From assembly GCA_051251915.1 (NCBI GenBank), contig JBPOGF010000012.1, positions 74,718-138,717 on the forward strand: a stretch of 64,000 nucleotides of DNA. Reading direction: 5' to 3'. The DNA is from Akkermansiaceae bacterium. Lineage in GTDB: Bacteria > Verrucomicrobiota > Verrucomicrobiia > Verrucomicrobiales > Akkermansiaceae. The notes under the pieces are model-generated. The model was not told where the DNA came from. It was given only the letters and a program-made list of their open reading frames with translations, and did no database searches. Below are positions 10,701 through 19,143 of this stretch, one piece after another; the first letter of the stretch is position 1, and the number at the start of each line of letters is the position of its first letter. Position numbers and translations under genes: made by a program.

Positions 10701-11266
10701 ATGATTCCGAATTTACCGCTCTTGGTATATTCACCGAGCTTAGCCACTGCGACATCTCGTCCAATAGACTTACCATTTTCAAGGAAATAACGTGAACGCG
10801 CAGGATCATACAAACCTAGAATTGACGCCTGTGTGTGTGAATCCACACCATTAGCACCCGGATTCTGCTTATTTGGCTCCAACTTAGTAGGACGACCTTC
10901 AAAGTTAGCAGCAACTAAAGGCACAGCACCAGTAGCGCTAGGCATTGAAGTCGCATAGTAAGTTGGCTTACCTGGAATAGTCCACTCTACTGAGTCGAGA
11001 AACGGAACAATCAAAGACTCAGGTCTGCGGCATGAAGCCAAACCAAGTCCAGCAAGAGCTGTTGACGCCCCCATTAACTTAAGGAAATCACGACGTGTAT
11101 TTTCACGATCATCCTCATCACGCATCATTTCAGATGCACGCGGAAACTCTTTATCCACCCATTGACGCAAGCCAGGTGTATCTTCTAGTTCTCCGGCGCT
11201 GCGCCATACCTTAGTTCCGCGTTCCTCAACAGGAACGTCTGGGTGATGCCATTTGCGTTTGCTCAT
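7730..11266 (-). CDS. actB: Alternative complex III subunit ActB (Tat-exported molybdopterin-oxidoreductase-like + Fe-S domain)
   Basis: TRRDFLK twin-arginine motif, LASC lipobox, C-terminal CTGCNACLVAC, CVQCESAPCETVCP, CIGTRYCANNCP, KCTYC motifs. Confidence 0.92.
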   Translation of the reverse strand: MSKRKWHHPDVPVEERGTKVWRSAGELEDTPGLRQWVDKEFPRASEMMRDEDDRENTRRDFLKLMGASTALAGLGLASCRRPESLIVPFLDSVEWTIPGKPTYYATSMPSATGAVPLVAANFEGRPTKLEPNKQNPGANGVDSHTQASILGLYDPARSRYFLENGKSIGRDVAVAKLGEYTKSGKFGIIFGEDDSLTRTDLIAKIKARHAGAKFYSYEALAGAGKKASDAGVFGKHATVKADFAKARKILSLDCDFLELDKQGGVKSFYDRRRPEGAGYNEDPVAYEKQLNRLYVVEPTYSVTGGMADHRAPLAPSQMGRFISQLASFAGVGAAPTKAFTGKKLDWAKKCFDDLKAGGGVILLGSRYAKELHDVVYLINKAIGAYSAGVLVARKGKQHADLGTIEDFAKEAGSLETVILVSQANPFYENPTIGGKSFTDVVADKKVIHWGDQTNASANAATLHIPAAHYLESWGDGFSGDEGLYTIVQPMILPLYGGIQEFELLVALTGDKVSLHDSSDASAVSPAYDVVKSVFGAQVKKGGSKAAKQADWNTLLRTGFNADYQYELASAGAAPSVSLKEEAEPASATKPDIVFATDYAVLDGRYVNNAWLQEAPDPISKLTWDNAVYMSPKTAQDLGLYEDIVELEKAEKAWWASLGIATGTDVKTTSVSEDGEGPSLYGPMVELKVGDQMVEAVVIVAFGMADNVISLPLGYGQGYDKHWEDNFKGGVSDYTVNSANVSSVGVNTGFNAYTLRSAGTSDYYAGGISMGKVESKRYKLARTQEHHSMYGRALAREISTMPTEPDGHDHQKDYKEQLSKVRKHGMDSHAPQNVDQYKPVSNAKGEDGKDRIHLWDKSHQWAMSIDLSTCTGCNACLVACQAENNIPVVGKVQVAMGREMHWIRMDRYFAETQDHGHGDHEHVATNPSEDWDKPLEMIPNPVACVQCESAPCETVCPVNATVHTEDGLNSMAYNRCIGTRYCANNCPYKARRFNFFDYNKRNPLLHKNLYKGPFGEKQEGDAKSLQRNPNVSVRMRGVMEKCTYCVQRLSAAKIEAKQNVKRGVQKSGKPSTEFKVNHEMLMSPANSVTVACQDACGAGAIVFGNLLNKKDDIQKTKALRDEDQNLPAHVQGEFKNPRTYDLLNYIGTRPRTSYMARVKNPNPAMPGATNVGRATINMH

Positions 11267-11304
11267 TTCTGACGAAAAGTTAAATTTAAATTAGTTGTGA
11301 AAAA

Positions 11305-12048
11305 TTATCTGTGACAAGTGAAGCAGCTCTCCTTAGGCTGCACATTCCAGTGATCCTTAAGCATCAAGCCCATTGCCTTCTGCGCGTCATCGCTATCTGT
11401 AAGCTCGAGATCTAAATCTTTATCCTCAATATAGCTAGCCACCTTATCAGCAGCAGTTGGATTCTTACTCATGTAATCAGACGCGCTGTATTTCAGATTG
11501 AACACTTCCTCAAGAGGACGAAGCGCATCTTCTGGATTTCTGTGGCACTCGATACACATCCCCATGCTGAGATTCTTAGCGTGATAAACTACAGGCATCT
11601 CATCCACCTGACCGTGACACTCTACACATGACACCCCACGCCCGAGGTGAGCCGAGTGATCAAAGAAAACATAATCAGGCGCCTTATGAATACGCACCCA
11701 CTGAATAGGCTTACCACTCTCGATCGCATCGAAAAGCGGAGCTAACCTCTCACTGTCAGATTTGATACCGCCCTTTACGTGACAGTTAGCACAAGTATTC
11801 GCAGTCGGCACGTTAGCCTGACCTGATTTCTCAACAAAACTATGACAATGACGACAGTCCAACCCTAACTGAGTCACATGAAGTTCGTGGTCATACGGGA
11901 TCGGCTGATCCGGCATATACCCAACCCTCTGAGCCTTAGGAGTTGCGTAATAAGTGAATGCGGTAACTACGCCAATCGCAAGCGCGCCAATGCAGATCGC
12001 GATTTTCAGCGGTAGTATATTTGTCCAACGAGGAAAGTAATTAGCCAT
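11305..12048 (-). CDS. actA: Alternative complex III pentaheme cytochrome c ActA
   Basis: N-terminal TM and five CxxCH motifs (CRHCH, CANCH, CVECH, CIECH, CFTCH). Confidence 0.92.
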   Translation of the reverse strand: MANYFPRWTNILPLKIAICIGALAIGVVTAFTYYATPKAQRVGYMPDQPIPYDHELHVTQLGLDCRHCHSFVEKSGQANVPTANTCANCHVKGGIKSDSERLAPLFDAIESGKPIQWVRIHKAPDYVFFDHSAHLGRGVSCVECHGQVDEMPVVYHAKNLSMGMCIECHRNPEDALRPLEEVFNLKYSASDYMSKNPTAADKVASYIEDKDLDLELTDSDDAQKAMGLMLKDHWNVQPKESCFTCHR

Positions 12049-12081
12049 GAATTGTAGTGCTTAGATGCGGTGCTTGTATAC

Positions 12082-12103
12082 GCTTGTGAAATTTTTCACA
12101 AGC
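12082..12103. promoter_or_regulatory. Rex-type operator palindrome upstream of actA
   Basis: GCTTGTGAA-ATTT-TTCACAAGC; core is an exact TTGTGAA-N4-TTCACAA. Confidence 0.75.
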
Positions 12104-12132
12104 TTAATCTTAAGATATTTCTTGGGGGAACT

Positions 12133-12160
12133 AGTATGGAAATCTAACCAACTCTGGCAA
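12133..12160 (-). promoter_or_regulatory. Predicted sigma70-type promoter of act operon
   Basis: TTGCCA-N16-CATACT on minus strand. Confidence 0.55.
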
Positions 12161-12253
12161 CCCGAAAATGGACATCCTCTCATTTTTTTCCCAACCAACT
12201 ACAAAAATAATTTGCAAAGCCTTAATTTGGAGGGGTGAGCAGAACTTCCCTAT

Positions 12254-12289
12254 AAAAAAAATAACCTGTCATAACAAATGATGACAGGT
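12254..12289 (-). terminator. Intrinsic terminator after the DUF5362-like pair
   Basis: ACCTGTCAT/ATGACAGGT stem followed by a T-run on minus strand. Confidence 0.6.
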
Positions 12290-12312
12290 CATGAATAAAT
12301 AAACTTTATTGC

Positions 12313-12777
12313 TTAAAACATTCTAGCAATAGATGGAACAAAGAGCCCCAATATAGCCATTACCAACCCAATCAGGGTTAAAATGCCCGCTAGCTTCCAA
12401 AATTTCATTTGATACAAAATAGCCGTCTCAAGATCTGCAGGATTACGGCTTATTTCTGTTCTTGTAATAGCTCCAGAATATTTTGAGAGACTATTTGCGA
12501 GCAAAAATACCACCACTGTCATGACAATCATCAATAACAGGCCTATAATCGCAAATCCTCCTACTTGACCAACTACAGCAAGCATACCAAATGTACCCAG
12601 CACCATTATTGCAAAATAAATAAAACCTAAGACACTCATAAATCGAACCCAGCCCCTGGATGCGTAGAGATGCGATTGAGCAATACTTGTAGCCGATATA
12701 CCTCGGACTCCTTGTTCCGACTGGAACAGATTTCCTCCAGACCCTAGAGGTTGATTTTGTTGATAAGGATTTTCCAT
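12313..12777 (-). CDS. DUF5362-like membrane protein (paralog 2)
   Basis: NPY N-terminus, WVRFMSVLGF, KFWKLAGI, three TMs. Confidence 0.7.
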   Translation of the reverse strand: MENPYQQNQPLGSGGNLFQSEQGVRGISATSIAQSHLYASRGWVRFMSVLGFIYFAIMVLGTFGMLAVVGQVGGFAIIGLLLMIVMTVVVFLLANSLSKYSGAITRTEISRNPADLETAILYQMKFWKLAGILTLIGLVMAILGLFVPSIARMF

Positions 12778-12807
12778 AATTTCTGTGTGTTTAAATTTTT
12801 ATTAATT

Positions 12808-13266
12808 TTAAGCTATCGTACTAAAACCAATGATCATACCCAATAACATGAGACCAAACATTACAATGACAACGATACCTGCTAGTCTCCAAAATTTAGT
12901 ATGAACCTCCATCGCACGCTCCAAATCTTGATTATTAGCGGACCCCTCTAACCTCCCAATCGCTTTACCATACTGAACTAACCGCAGCGCTAAAATAACC
13001 TGAATCACGATCATCACCAGAGGTATTATCCAAGCCACAAAGAACCCCGCTGGCGCACCAGAAGGCATCTGCGACCCCATGAAAACCATGCCTATAAGAT
13101 TAATGGCTATCGTAATAAGCATAGTAATGCCAACAAGAGACACCCAAAACTTAGTACTTATCAGCGAAGATAAAGCCACCGCTGTAACAGGCATTTCTGC
13201 AGAAGGATCGCTGTGTCCTTGCTGAGTTGCTTGTCCAGCCTCATACGGATTGATTTGTTGTTCCAT
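12808..13266 (-). CDS. DUF5362-like membrane protein (paralog 1)
   Basis: NPY N-terminus, TKFWVSLVG, KFWRLAGI, three TMs; similar to neighbour. Confidence 0.7.
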   Translation of the reverse strand: MEQQINPYEAGQATQQGHSDPSAEMPVTAVALSSLISTKFWVSLVGITMLITIAINLIGMVFMGSQMPSGAPAGFFVAWIIPLVMIVIQVILALRLVQYGKAIGRLEGSANNQDLERAMEVHTKFWRLAGIVVIVMFGLMLLGMIIGFSTIA

Positions 13267-13392
13267 AGCTTATTTTTATGCCACTCATAAAATCTTGTCA
13301 ACTCTATGATACATTTACCTGGTATAGCAATTTACACCACCACCTAAAAAAGTATTGGCGCAAATACCACATTCCTGATTATTACTAACCCC

Positions 13393-14247
13393 ATGAAAGG
13401 CCTTATTCTCAAAATTGACTGCCCAGATCAACACGGCATCGTGGCAAAAATAGCTTCATACGTAGCAGACTACGCAGGAAATCTCATCGAACTCTCACAG
13501 TTCACTGACTCACCCAATGAAAAATTCTTCGCCCGCGTCGAAATAGACACTACAAATCTTTCTGTAGACATCGATGACTTCATCAATGGCTTCAAAACGC
13601 TAGGAAAATCACTCCACGCCACATGGCATTTCCGAGAGCAACCCTACAAAATGAGAGCAGCAGTCCTCGTCACTAAGACTGATCACTGCCTAAACGAAAT
13701 CCTCTGGCGCACTAAATTAGGTGAAATGCCAATCGAAATCACCTCCATCATCGGCAACCGTAAAACCTGTCAAGCCATTGCCGAAAACGCCGGTATCCCA
13801 TTCCATCATATAGAAATGGATGGCGATAAAAAAGCCGATGGTTTTAAGCAAATTCGAGAACTTCTCATCGAACAAAAAGTCGAACTCACCGTCCTCGCCC
13901 GATTCATGCAGATCCTCCCCGATTGGTTCTGCCAAGAATTCAGCGGCAAGATCATCAACATCCACCACTCTTTTCTTCCAGCATTCATCGGAGCCAACCC
14001 ATACCGCCAAGCCTACGAACGCGGAGTCAAATTCATTGGCGCCACCTGCCACTACGTCACTGCCGACCTCGATGCAGGCCCCATCATCGAACAAGAAGTT
14101 AAACGCGTCCAGCACTTCCATACAGCCCAAGACCTCATGCGCCTAGGACGCGACAGTGAACGCGACGCATTAGCCAGAGGCATTCGCTACCACGTCAACG
14201 ACCGCACCATCATCCACAATAACCGAGCCATCGTATTCCCAGACTAA
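13393..14247 (+). CDS. purU: Formyltetrahydrofolate deformylase
   Basis: ACT domain (CPDQHGIVA) plus LARFMQIL, INIHHSFLPAFIGANPYRQA, DLDAGPIIEQ. Confidence 0.95.
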   Translation: MKGLILKIDCPDQHGIVAKIASYVADYAGNLIELSQFTDSPNEKFFARVEIDTTNLSVDIDDFINGFKTLGKSLHATWHFREQPYKMRAAVLVTKTDHCLNEILWRTKLGEMPIEITSIIGNRKTCQAIAENAGIPFHHIEMDGDKKADGFKQIRELLIEQKVELTVLARFMQILPDWFCQEFSGKIINIHHSFLPAFIGANPYRQAYERGVKFIGATCHYVTADLDAGPIIEQEVKRVQHFHTAQDLMRLGRDSERDALARGIRYHVNDRTIIHNNRAIVFPD

Positions 14248-14353
14248 AGGACCTTAAAGCAATACACCCCTAGACAAAACACAACTCACTCTACAACAGA
14301 CTGCAACAACCTAAATTACAGCACTTGGAATTTTAAGTTGCGTTAATCTAATA

Positions 14354-14453
14354 ATTCTGTATATTTAAGGAGTCTTAATTTTCATTAAGGTATTATATAT
14401 TATCGGGGGATAATTAAAAGCCTCATTCCTTTCTAGGAATGAGGCTCATTTTT
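14354..14453 (+). repeat. 100-bp direct repeat copy 1 (putative sRNA gene including -10 box)
   Basis: Identical to 14628-14727 (offset 274 nt). Confidence 0.95.
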
Positions 14454-14627
14454 GCCCGGAAACACCAGATCCGCCTCTCCCTCCTCGAGATCATTCATTT
14501 CCTGCTACAACCCCAGACTTTACTAAATTCTCTTTATTCTCCCCCACCCTCACTAAACATCAGACTTCAGAACAAAATCTAAGCTCGCAAAATCATCATG
14601 CGCAAATGGGATAGTATTAAGTAGGTT

Positions 14628-14727
14628 ATTCTGTATATTTAAGGAGTCTTAATTTTCATTAAGGTATTATATATTATCGGGGGATAATTAAAAGCCTCAT
14701 TCCTTTCTAGGAATGAGGCTCATTTTT
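14628..14727 (+). repeat. 100-bp direct repeat copy 2
   Basis: Identical to 14354-14453. Confidence 0.95.
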
Positions 14728-14927
14728 TCAGCAAACACCGCCCCACCCCCACTCACCTTCAGACCATTCATTCAAGAGCGAAAAACCCACAATCTACCAC
14801 ACTCGCTCTAACCTCCCCCCCCTCCAAAACTCACCAAACAACACTTGAATCAATAGCTCCTCAGCTAATAAAATTAACATGCGCAAATAGGATATTATTA
14901 AAATGAATATTCACTACCCTCTAGTTT

Positions 14928-15004
14928 CCTTAATTCTCATTAAGGTTTTATATTATCGGGGGATAATTAACAGCCTCATTCCTTTCAAGGGATGAGGCTA
15001 TTTT
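14928..15004 (+). repeat. Diverged third copy of the repeat
   Basis: CCTTAATTCTCATTAAGG...ATTATCGGGGGATAATTAACAGCCTCATTCCTTTCAAGGGATGAGGCTATTTT; same three hairpins. Confidence 0.9.
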
Positions 15005-15007
15005 AAC

Positions 15008-15934
15008 CTAACATCCTCCAATACAGCTACATATCCTCGCATAAAGCACCTCCAACCTCGGAACTGGAACACCTTTTTCATGAGCCCGCCTAAGCGGCTC
15101 CCCCCAGATTACATCCACCTCTACAGGTAAGCCAGCCACAAAATCGATCATACTCGACGGCTTGTACGCCCCCATCGGTCGCGTAATTTCTATTTGATGA
15201 TCGATAAAAGACCCCTCAATATGATGACCAAACGCAGCAGCACAACTCACTACCTCAGCCATCAAAGCACGAAGCTCATTCTCCAACCTTAATTCACCTA
15301 ACATCATCTCGGTATCCACCCCTCCCTCCGCAATAGCCAAGCCATTAAACGGAATATTCCACACCAATTTCATCCATTGAGCCTTCTCAAGCGACTCAAC
15401 CCACTCACAAGGAAATCCAGCAGCATTACATACCCCCACAAACCCAGCTGGACATATGGCCTCAGCGTAAGCACCCAACCTAATTAAACCAGAAGCAGTG
15501 TGATGCACATGGCCTGGGGCAACACGATTTATACACACAAAACACAACCCACCAAACACTCGATGAGCTCCGAACAACTCAGCATAAAACTCACAATTCC
15601 CCAACCCATTCTGCAACACCAAAATCTGAGTATCCGCACCAATCAACGGAGTAACAACCTCCTTAGCCAAATGATTAGCGGTCGCCTTCCACGCAATGAT
15701 CACCAGATCAACTTCACCAATGTCAGAGGTAAGTTTTTCACATCTTACATCCTCTAACAAAAAATCTCCATCCACACTCTCAACACATAACCCATTCTCC
15801 CTCACATAATCAAAATCACTCCGCAACAGAAAGCGCACATCCTCACCTGCCGCAGCCAATCGAGCGCCATAGTAAATACCTATAGCGCCAGAACCAACCA
15901 CCGCAACCCTGCCCAATCTCCCAGAACCCCTCAT
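15008..15934 (-). CDS. panE: 2-dehydropantoate 2-reductase (ketopantoate reductase family)
   Basis: GSGAIG Rossmann motif, LQNGLG, WMKLVWNIPFN, SSMIDF..G.PVE. Confidence 0.85.
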   Translation of the reverse strand: MRGSGRLGRVAVVGSGAIGIYYGARLAAAGEDVRFLLRSDFDYVRENGLCVESVDGDFLLEDVRCEKLTSDIGEVDLVIIAWKATANHLAKEVVTPLIGADTQILVLQNGLGNCEFYAELFGAHRVFGGLCFVCINRVAPGHVHHTASGLIRLGAYAEAICPAGFVGVCNAAGFPCEWVESLEKAQWMKLVWNIPFNGLAIAEGGVDTEMMLGELRLENELRALMAEVVSCAAAFGHHIEGSFIDHQIEITRPMGAYKPSSMIDFVAGLPVEVDVIWGEPLRRAHEKGVPVPRLEVLYARICSCIGGC

Positions 15935-15951
15935 GATCTAGCCTCCAGACA

Positions 15952-17010
15952 CTAAAGCTCCCAGTCACCTTTATCCAGGCCACAGACGCAAGCCGCTAGC
16001 AACTGAATACAATGATCAATGTCTTTTGTATGAGCCATCTCAATCGATTGATGAATATAACGCGTAGGAATTGAAATAGCACCCGCTATAGAACCACCCG
16101 GCACCATTCGCTGAAGCGCCGCCGTGTCAGTACCCCCAGCAGGAAGCACCTCTGGCTGCCACTTGATCTTATTCTCCTTAGCCATCTTCTTCATAAATGC
16201 AACCATCCGATAATCACAGATTGTAGAACTATCCATGATCTTAATCGCCGCACCCTCACCCAACTGCGTAATCATATCCTGAGCCGGTACACCTGGAGTG
16301 TCACACGCCAGAGTAGTATCTAATCCAAAACCAAAATCCGGCTCCACTTGCAACGCTGACACATTTGCCCCGCGAAGCCCCACTTCCTCCTGAACCGTAA
16401 ATGCAGCATAAAAGTCATAAGTCGGCTTAACACCACTCTCCTTGATCACCTTCAACGTCTCCAGCAGCACATAAACCGACACTCGGTTATCCAGCGACTT
16501 AACATTCACACAATCACCCAACTCAACAAGCTCACGCTCACGAGTGATAGGATTTCCAATTTCAATAACCTTCTCCAGCTGCTTCTTAGTAAGCCCTGTA
16601 TCGATAAAGAAATCACTAAGCTCCATCTTCTTACCGCGCTCTTCCGGCTTCATAATATGCACCGGCTTACAACCCATAACCCCAAGAATATCTTTCTTCC
16701 CATGAATGATCACCCGCTGAGCTGTCAGCGTCTTAGGATCAAATCCACCAAGCGGACGAAATCTAACAAACCCCTTATCGTCGATATGTGAAACAATAAA
16801 CCCGATCTCATCCATATGAGCCGCTGCCATCGATTTCATCTCACTACTTTCCCCCTTCTTGAGAGCAATCACATTCCCCATATTATCTACCCGGACCTCA
16901 TCAGCCAGCCCTTTTAGCTCTTTAAGAACCAACTCACGAATTGCAATTTCATACCCAGGAGCACCAGGAGCCTTACATATTTCACTCAGTAATTTCACAT
17001 CGATTGACAT
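15952..17010 (-). CDS. M42 family metallo-aminopeptidase (start revised to MSIDVK at 17010)
   Basis: AHMDEIG, SLDNR, QEEVGLRGA, GGTD, RYIH metal-ligand motifs. Confidence 0.9.
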   Translation of the reverse strand: MSIDVKLLSEICKAPGAPGYEIAIRELVLKELKGLADEVRVDNMGNVIALKKGESSEMKSMAAAHMDEIGFIVSHIDDKGFVRFRPLGGFDPKTLTAQRVIIHGKKDILGVMGCKPVHIMKPEERGKKMELSDFFIDTGLTKKQLEKVIEIGNPITRERELVELGDCVNVKSLDNRVSVYVLLETLKVIKESGVKPTYDFYAAFTVQEEVGLRGANVSALQVEPDFGFGLDTTLACDTPGVPAQDMITQLGEGAAIKIMDSSTICDYRMVAFMKKMAKENKIKWQPEVLPAGGTDTAALQRMVPGGSIAGAISIPTRYIHQSIEMAHTKDIDHCIQLLAACVCGLDKGDWEL

Positions 17011-17160
17011 GCGACACAAGCTACCCAAACCACCCAAAAGAACAAACGAAAAATCCATCAATCAACCACCATGCAGCTAATAAATCATCACGATTAAAGC
17101 AACTCATCTTATGAGCAAAGCAGACTTGACCAAGCCCCCTCTCAAACTCAGCATAACCTC

Positions 17161-18360
17161 ATGATATTAAATCTAGTGATCGTAGCAGTAGTCCTACTCT
17201 TAGGCAGCTACCTCGCCTTCTCCCCAAAGCTTTCTAACTCCTCCGCTTGGAATGCAACAGTGACACCTCTAGCCTCCATCATGGGAAGCGGCTTCCTAGT
17301 CAGCGCCCCTCTGCTCGGCAGCACCGTAGGCTACTACGCAGTATTCTGCATGATGATCCTATTAATAGTAGCATACGGAGTCGGATCCGTAATGCGATTT
17401 AACATCAAACATTTTGAACCCATAGCACACCAGCAAGGAATAACACAAAAGATAGCCCGCACATCACAGATCGTCCTCGCTATCGCCTACTTCATCTCCA
17501 TCACCTATTACCTCCAGCTCCTAGCCGCCTTCTCCCTCAGCGCCATTGGCACAGAGTCAGAAATCATCTCAAATATTTTAACCACCAGCCTACTCGTATT
17601 CATCGGCAGCATAGGACTCTGGAAAGGATTAGCTGTTCTAGAATCGCTCGAGAAATACGCCGTAGCCCTAAACCTCGGCATGATAGGAGCACTCCTCGTA
17701 GCTCTCGCCTACTACAACATCCACCTAACCACAAGCCACCAATGGCAACTTCCCAACATCGACTCAAACATCAATTTTAACGACATCCGAGTCCTACTAG
17801 GCCTACTCATCGTGGTCCAAGGATTCGAGACATCACGCTACCTAGGAGATAAACATTCAGCCGACGAAAGAATCCGCACCATGCGAATAGCCCAAATTAT
17901 TTCAAGCGCCATCTACATCATCTTCCTCGCCCTAGTCACGGTATTATTTCAGTCAGACATGTCAGGCAACGTCACCGCCATCATCCAAATGACCACACCC
18001 ATCGCCGTTATCCTCCCCATCATGCTCACCATCGCCGCCATAGGCAGCCAGTTCACCGCCGCCGTTGCGGACGATGAGGGAGCAGGAGGACTTATAGAAG
18101 AAATCACCAACAACAAAATCCCAATCCGCTACGCATATTTACTCATCCTCATAGTAACAGTCGCCATCACATGGCTAAGCAATGTCAACTCCATCATCGC
18201 CTACGCATCACGCGCCTTCGCCCTCTACTATTTTATCCAATGTCTACTAGCCATCGTCGTCCTCAAACAAACTGGATGGCAAATGAAACGAGGCATCCTC
18301 TTCTACCTACTCTGCTTCATCTGCCTACTCGTAGTCACCCTCGGACTCCCATCTGAGTAA
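17161..18360 (+). CDS. APC-superfamily-like membrane transporter
   Basis: ~12 TMs; TPLASIMGSGF and VQGFETS motifs resembling APC TM1/TM6. Confidence 0.65.
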   Translation: MILNLVIVAVVLLLGSYLAFSPKLSNSSAWNATVTPLASIMGSGFLVSAPLLGSTVGYYAVFCMMILLIVAYGVGSVMRFNIKHFEPIAHQQGITQKIARTSQIVLAIAYFISITYYLQLLAAFSLSAIGTESEIISNILTTSLLVFIGSIGLWKGLAVLESLEKYAVALNLGMIGALLVALAYYNIHLTTSHQWQLPNIDSNINFNDIRVLLGLLIVVQGFETSRYLGDKHSADERIRTMRIAQIISSAIYIIFLALVTVLFQSDMSGNVTAIIQMTTPIAVILPIMLTIAAIGSQFTAAVADDEGAGGLIEEITNNKIPIRYAYLLILIVTVAITWLSNVNSIIAYASRAFALYYFIQCLLAIVVLKQTGWQMKRGILFYLLCFICLLVVTLGLPSE

Positions 18361-18396
18361 ATTTCAACAACAAACGCCCCCTCCCCTAAAGAAATT

Positions 18397-19143
18397 CTAC
18401 ACCTCCTTCAAACCAAAGACCTCCACCTTCACCCCATGCGACATCACCGCATGCTCAAACAATCTATCAGGCCGATCAAATCCCGCCAACTCAACAGGAT
18501 AGTCAGAAAACTCTTCCACAGTGACACCATGCAATGCATACGCCTCATGACTCACCCGCCCAGAAAACAACCTCTTCCTCTTCTGGTTATAAGAAAATAG
18601 ATAATAGCGCTCCACCAGAAAGAACTCAAGACTACCAGGCTCTGACACCCCCAACATCTCACCCGCTGAGTATCGATATACAGACTCCTCCTCACTACCT
18701 ATTTGCATCGAGCGATAGTGCGTTTCTCCATTTGACGTTGTAGCACTCATCACAGCATCAAAATAAGGCAGATTGAAAAACTTACGCGCCACCCTCACCG
18801 CCAGCATCTGATTCGCATCCAGCGAATAGAACCACACCCCCGGACGCCCATACTCATCATAGACATACGCCCGCACATTCATTTCTAGAAAATTAGACAC
18901 CCCTGGCACAGCAGGACAATACGGAGGCCTTACCCCATTCATATAAAATGGCACCACCCCAAGGTAAGTTTTTCCATCATACGTATCGACAGCCAACCCG
19001 GGCGGTAACGTCGCCTGCACTTCGGCAGGCTCCACCTCCCAATGCAAAAACAACAACTCGCCCCATGATTGCCGCATCACCACAGATTGATCAGCAGGAC
19101 GACGCGTAGCTTTTATTCTATCCTCAAGAGACGGACACTTCAT
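18397..19143 (-). CDS. YqjF/DUF2071 family protein
   Basis: MRQSWGELLFLHW, FLEMNVRAYV, GVWFYSLDA, FLVERY. Confidence 0.85.
   Translation of the reverse strand: MKCPSLEDRIKATRRPADQSVVMRQSWGELLFLHWEVEPAEVQATLPPGLAVDTYDGKTYLGVVPFYMNGVRPPYCPAVPGVSNFLEMNVRAYVYDEYGRPGVWFYSLDANQMLAVRVARKFFNLPYFDAVMSATTSNGETHYRSMQIGSEEESVYRYSAGEMLGVSEPGSLEFFLVERYYLFSYNQKRKRLFSGRVSHEAYALHGVTVEEFSDYPVELAGFDRPDRLFEHAVMSHGVKVEVFGLKEV

Larger units (their letters stand above)
14372..15004 (+). ncRNA. Array of three putative ~80-nt sRNAs (~14372-14453, ~14646-14728, ~14927-15004)
   Basis: Each has a -10-like hexamer 7 nt before hairpin 1, three stem-loops and a U-tail; substitutions preserve pairing on the + strand. Confidence 0.6.

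Noticed and set aside
14367..14427. Micro-ORFs in the repeat (AAGGAG then ATT-start IFIKVLYIIGG on +; MRLLIIPR on -)
   Set aside because: The + ORF lacks a normal start and is frameshifted in copy 3; the - ORF starts inside the terminator stem, and G-U patterns favour a + strand RNA. Not fully excluded without ribosome profiling
14354..15004. CRISPR array interpretation of the triple repeat
   Set aside because: Units are ~80-100 bp with ~170-200 bp gaps, carry terminators, and no cas genes are present
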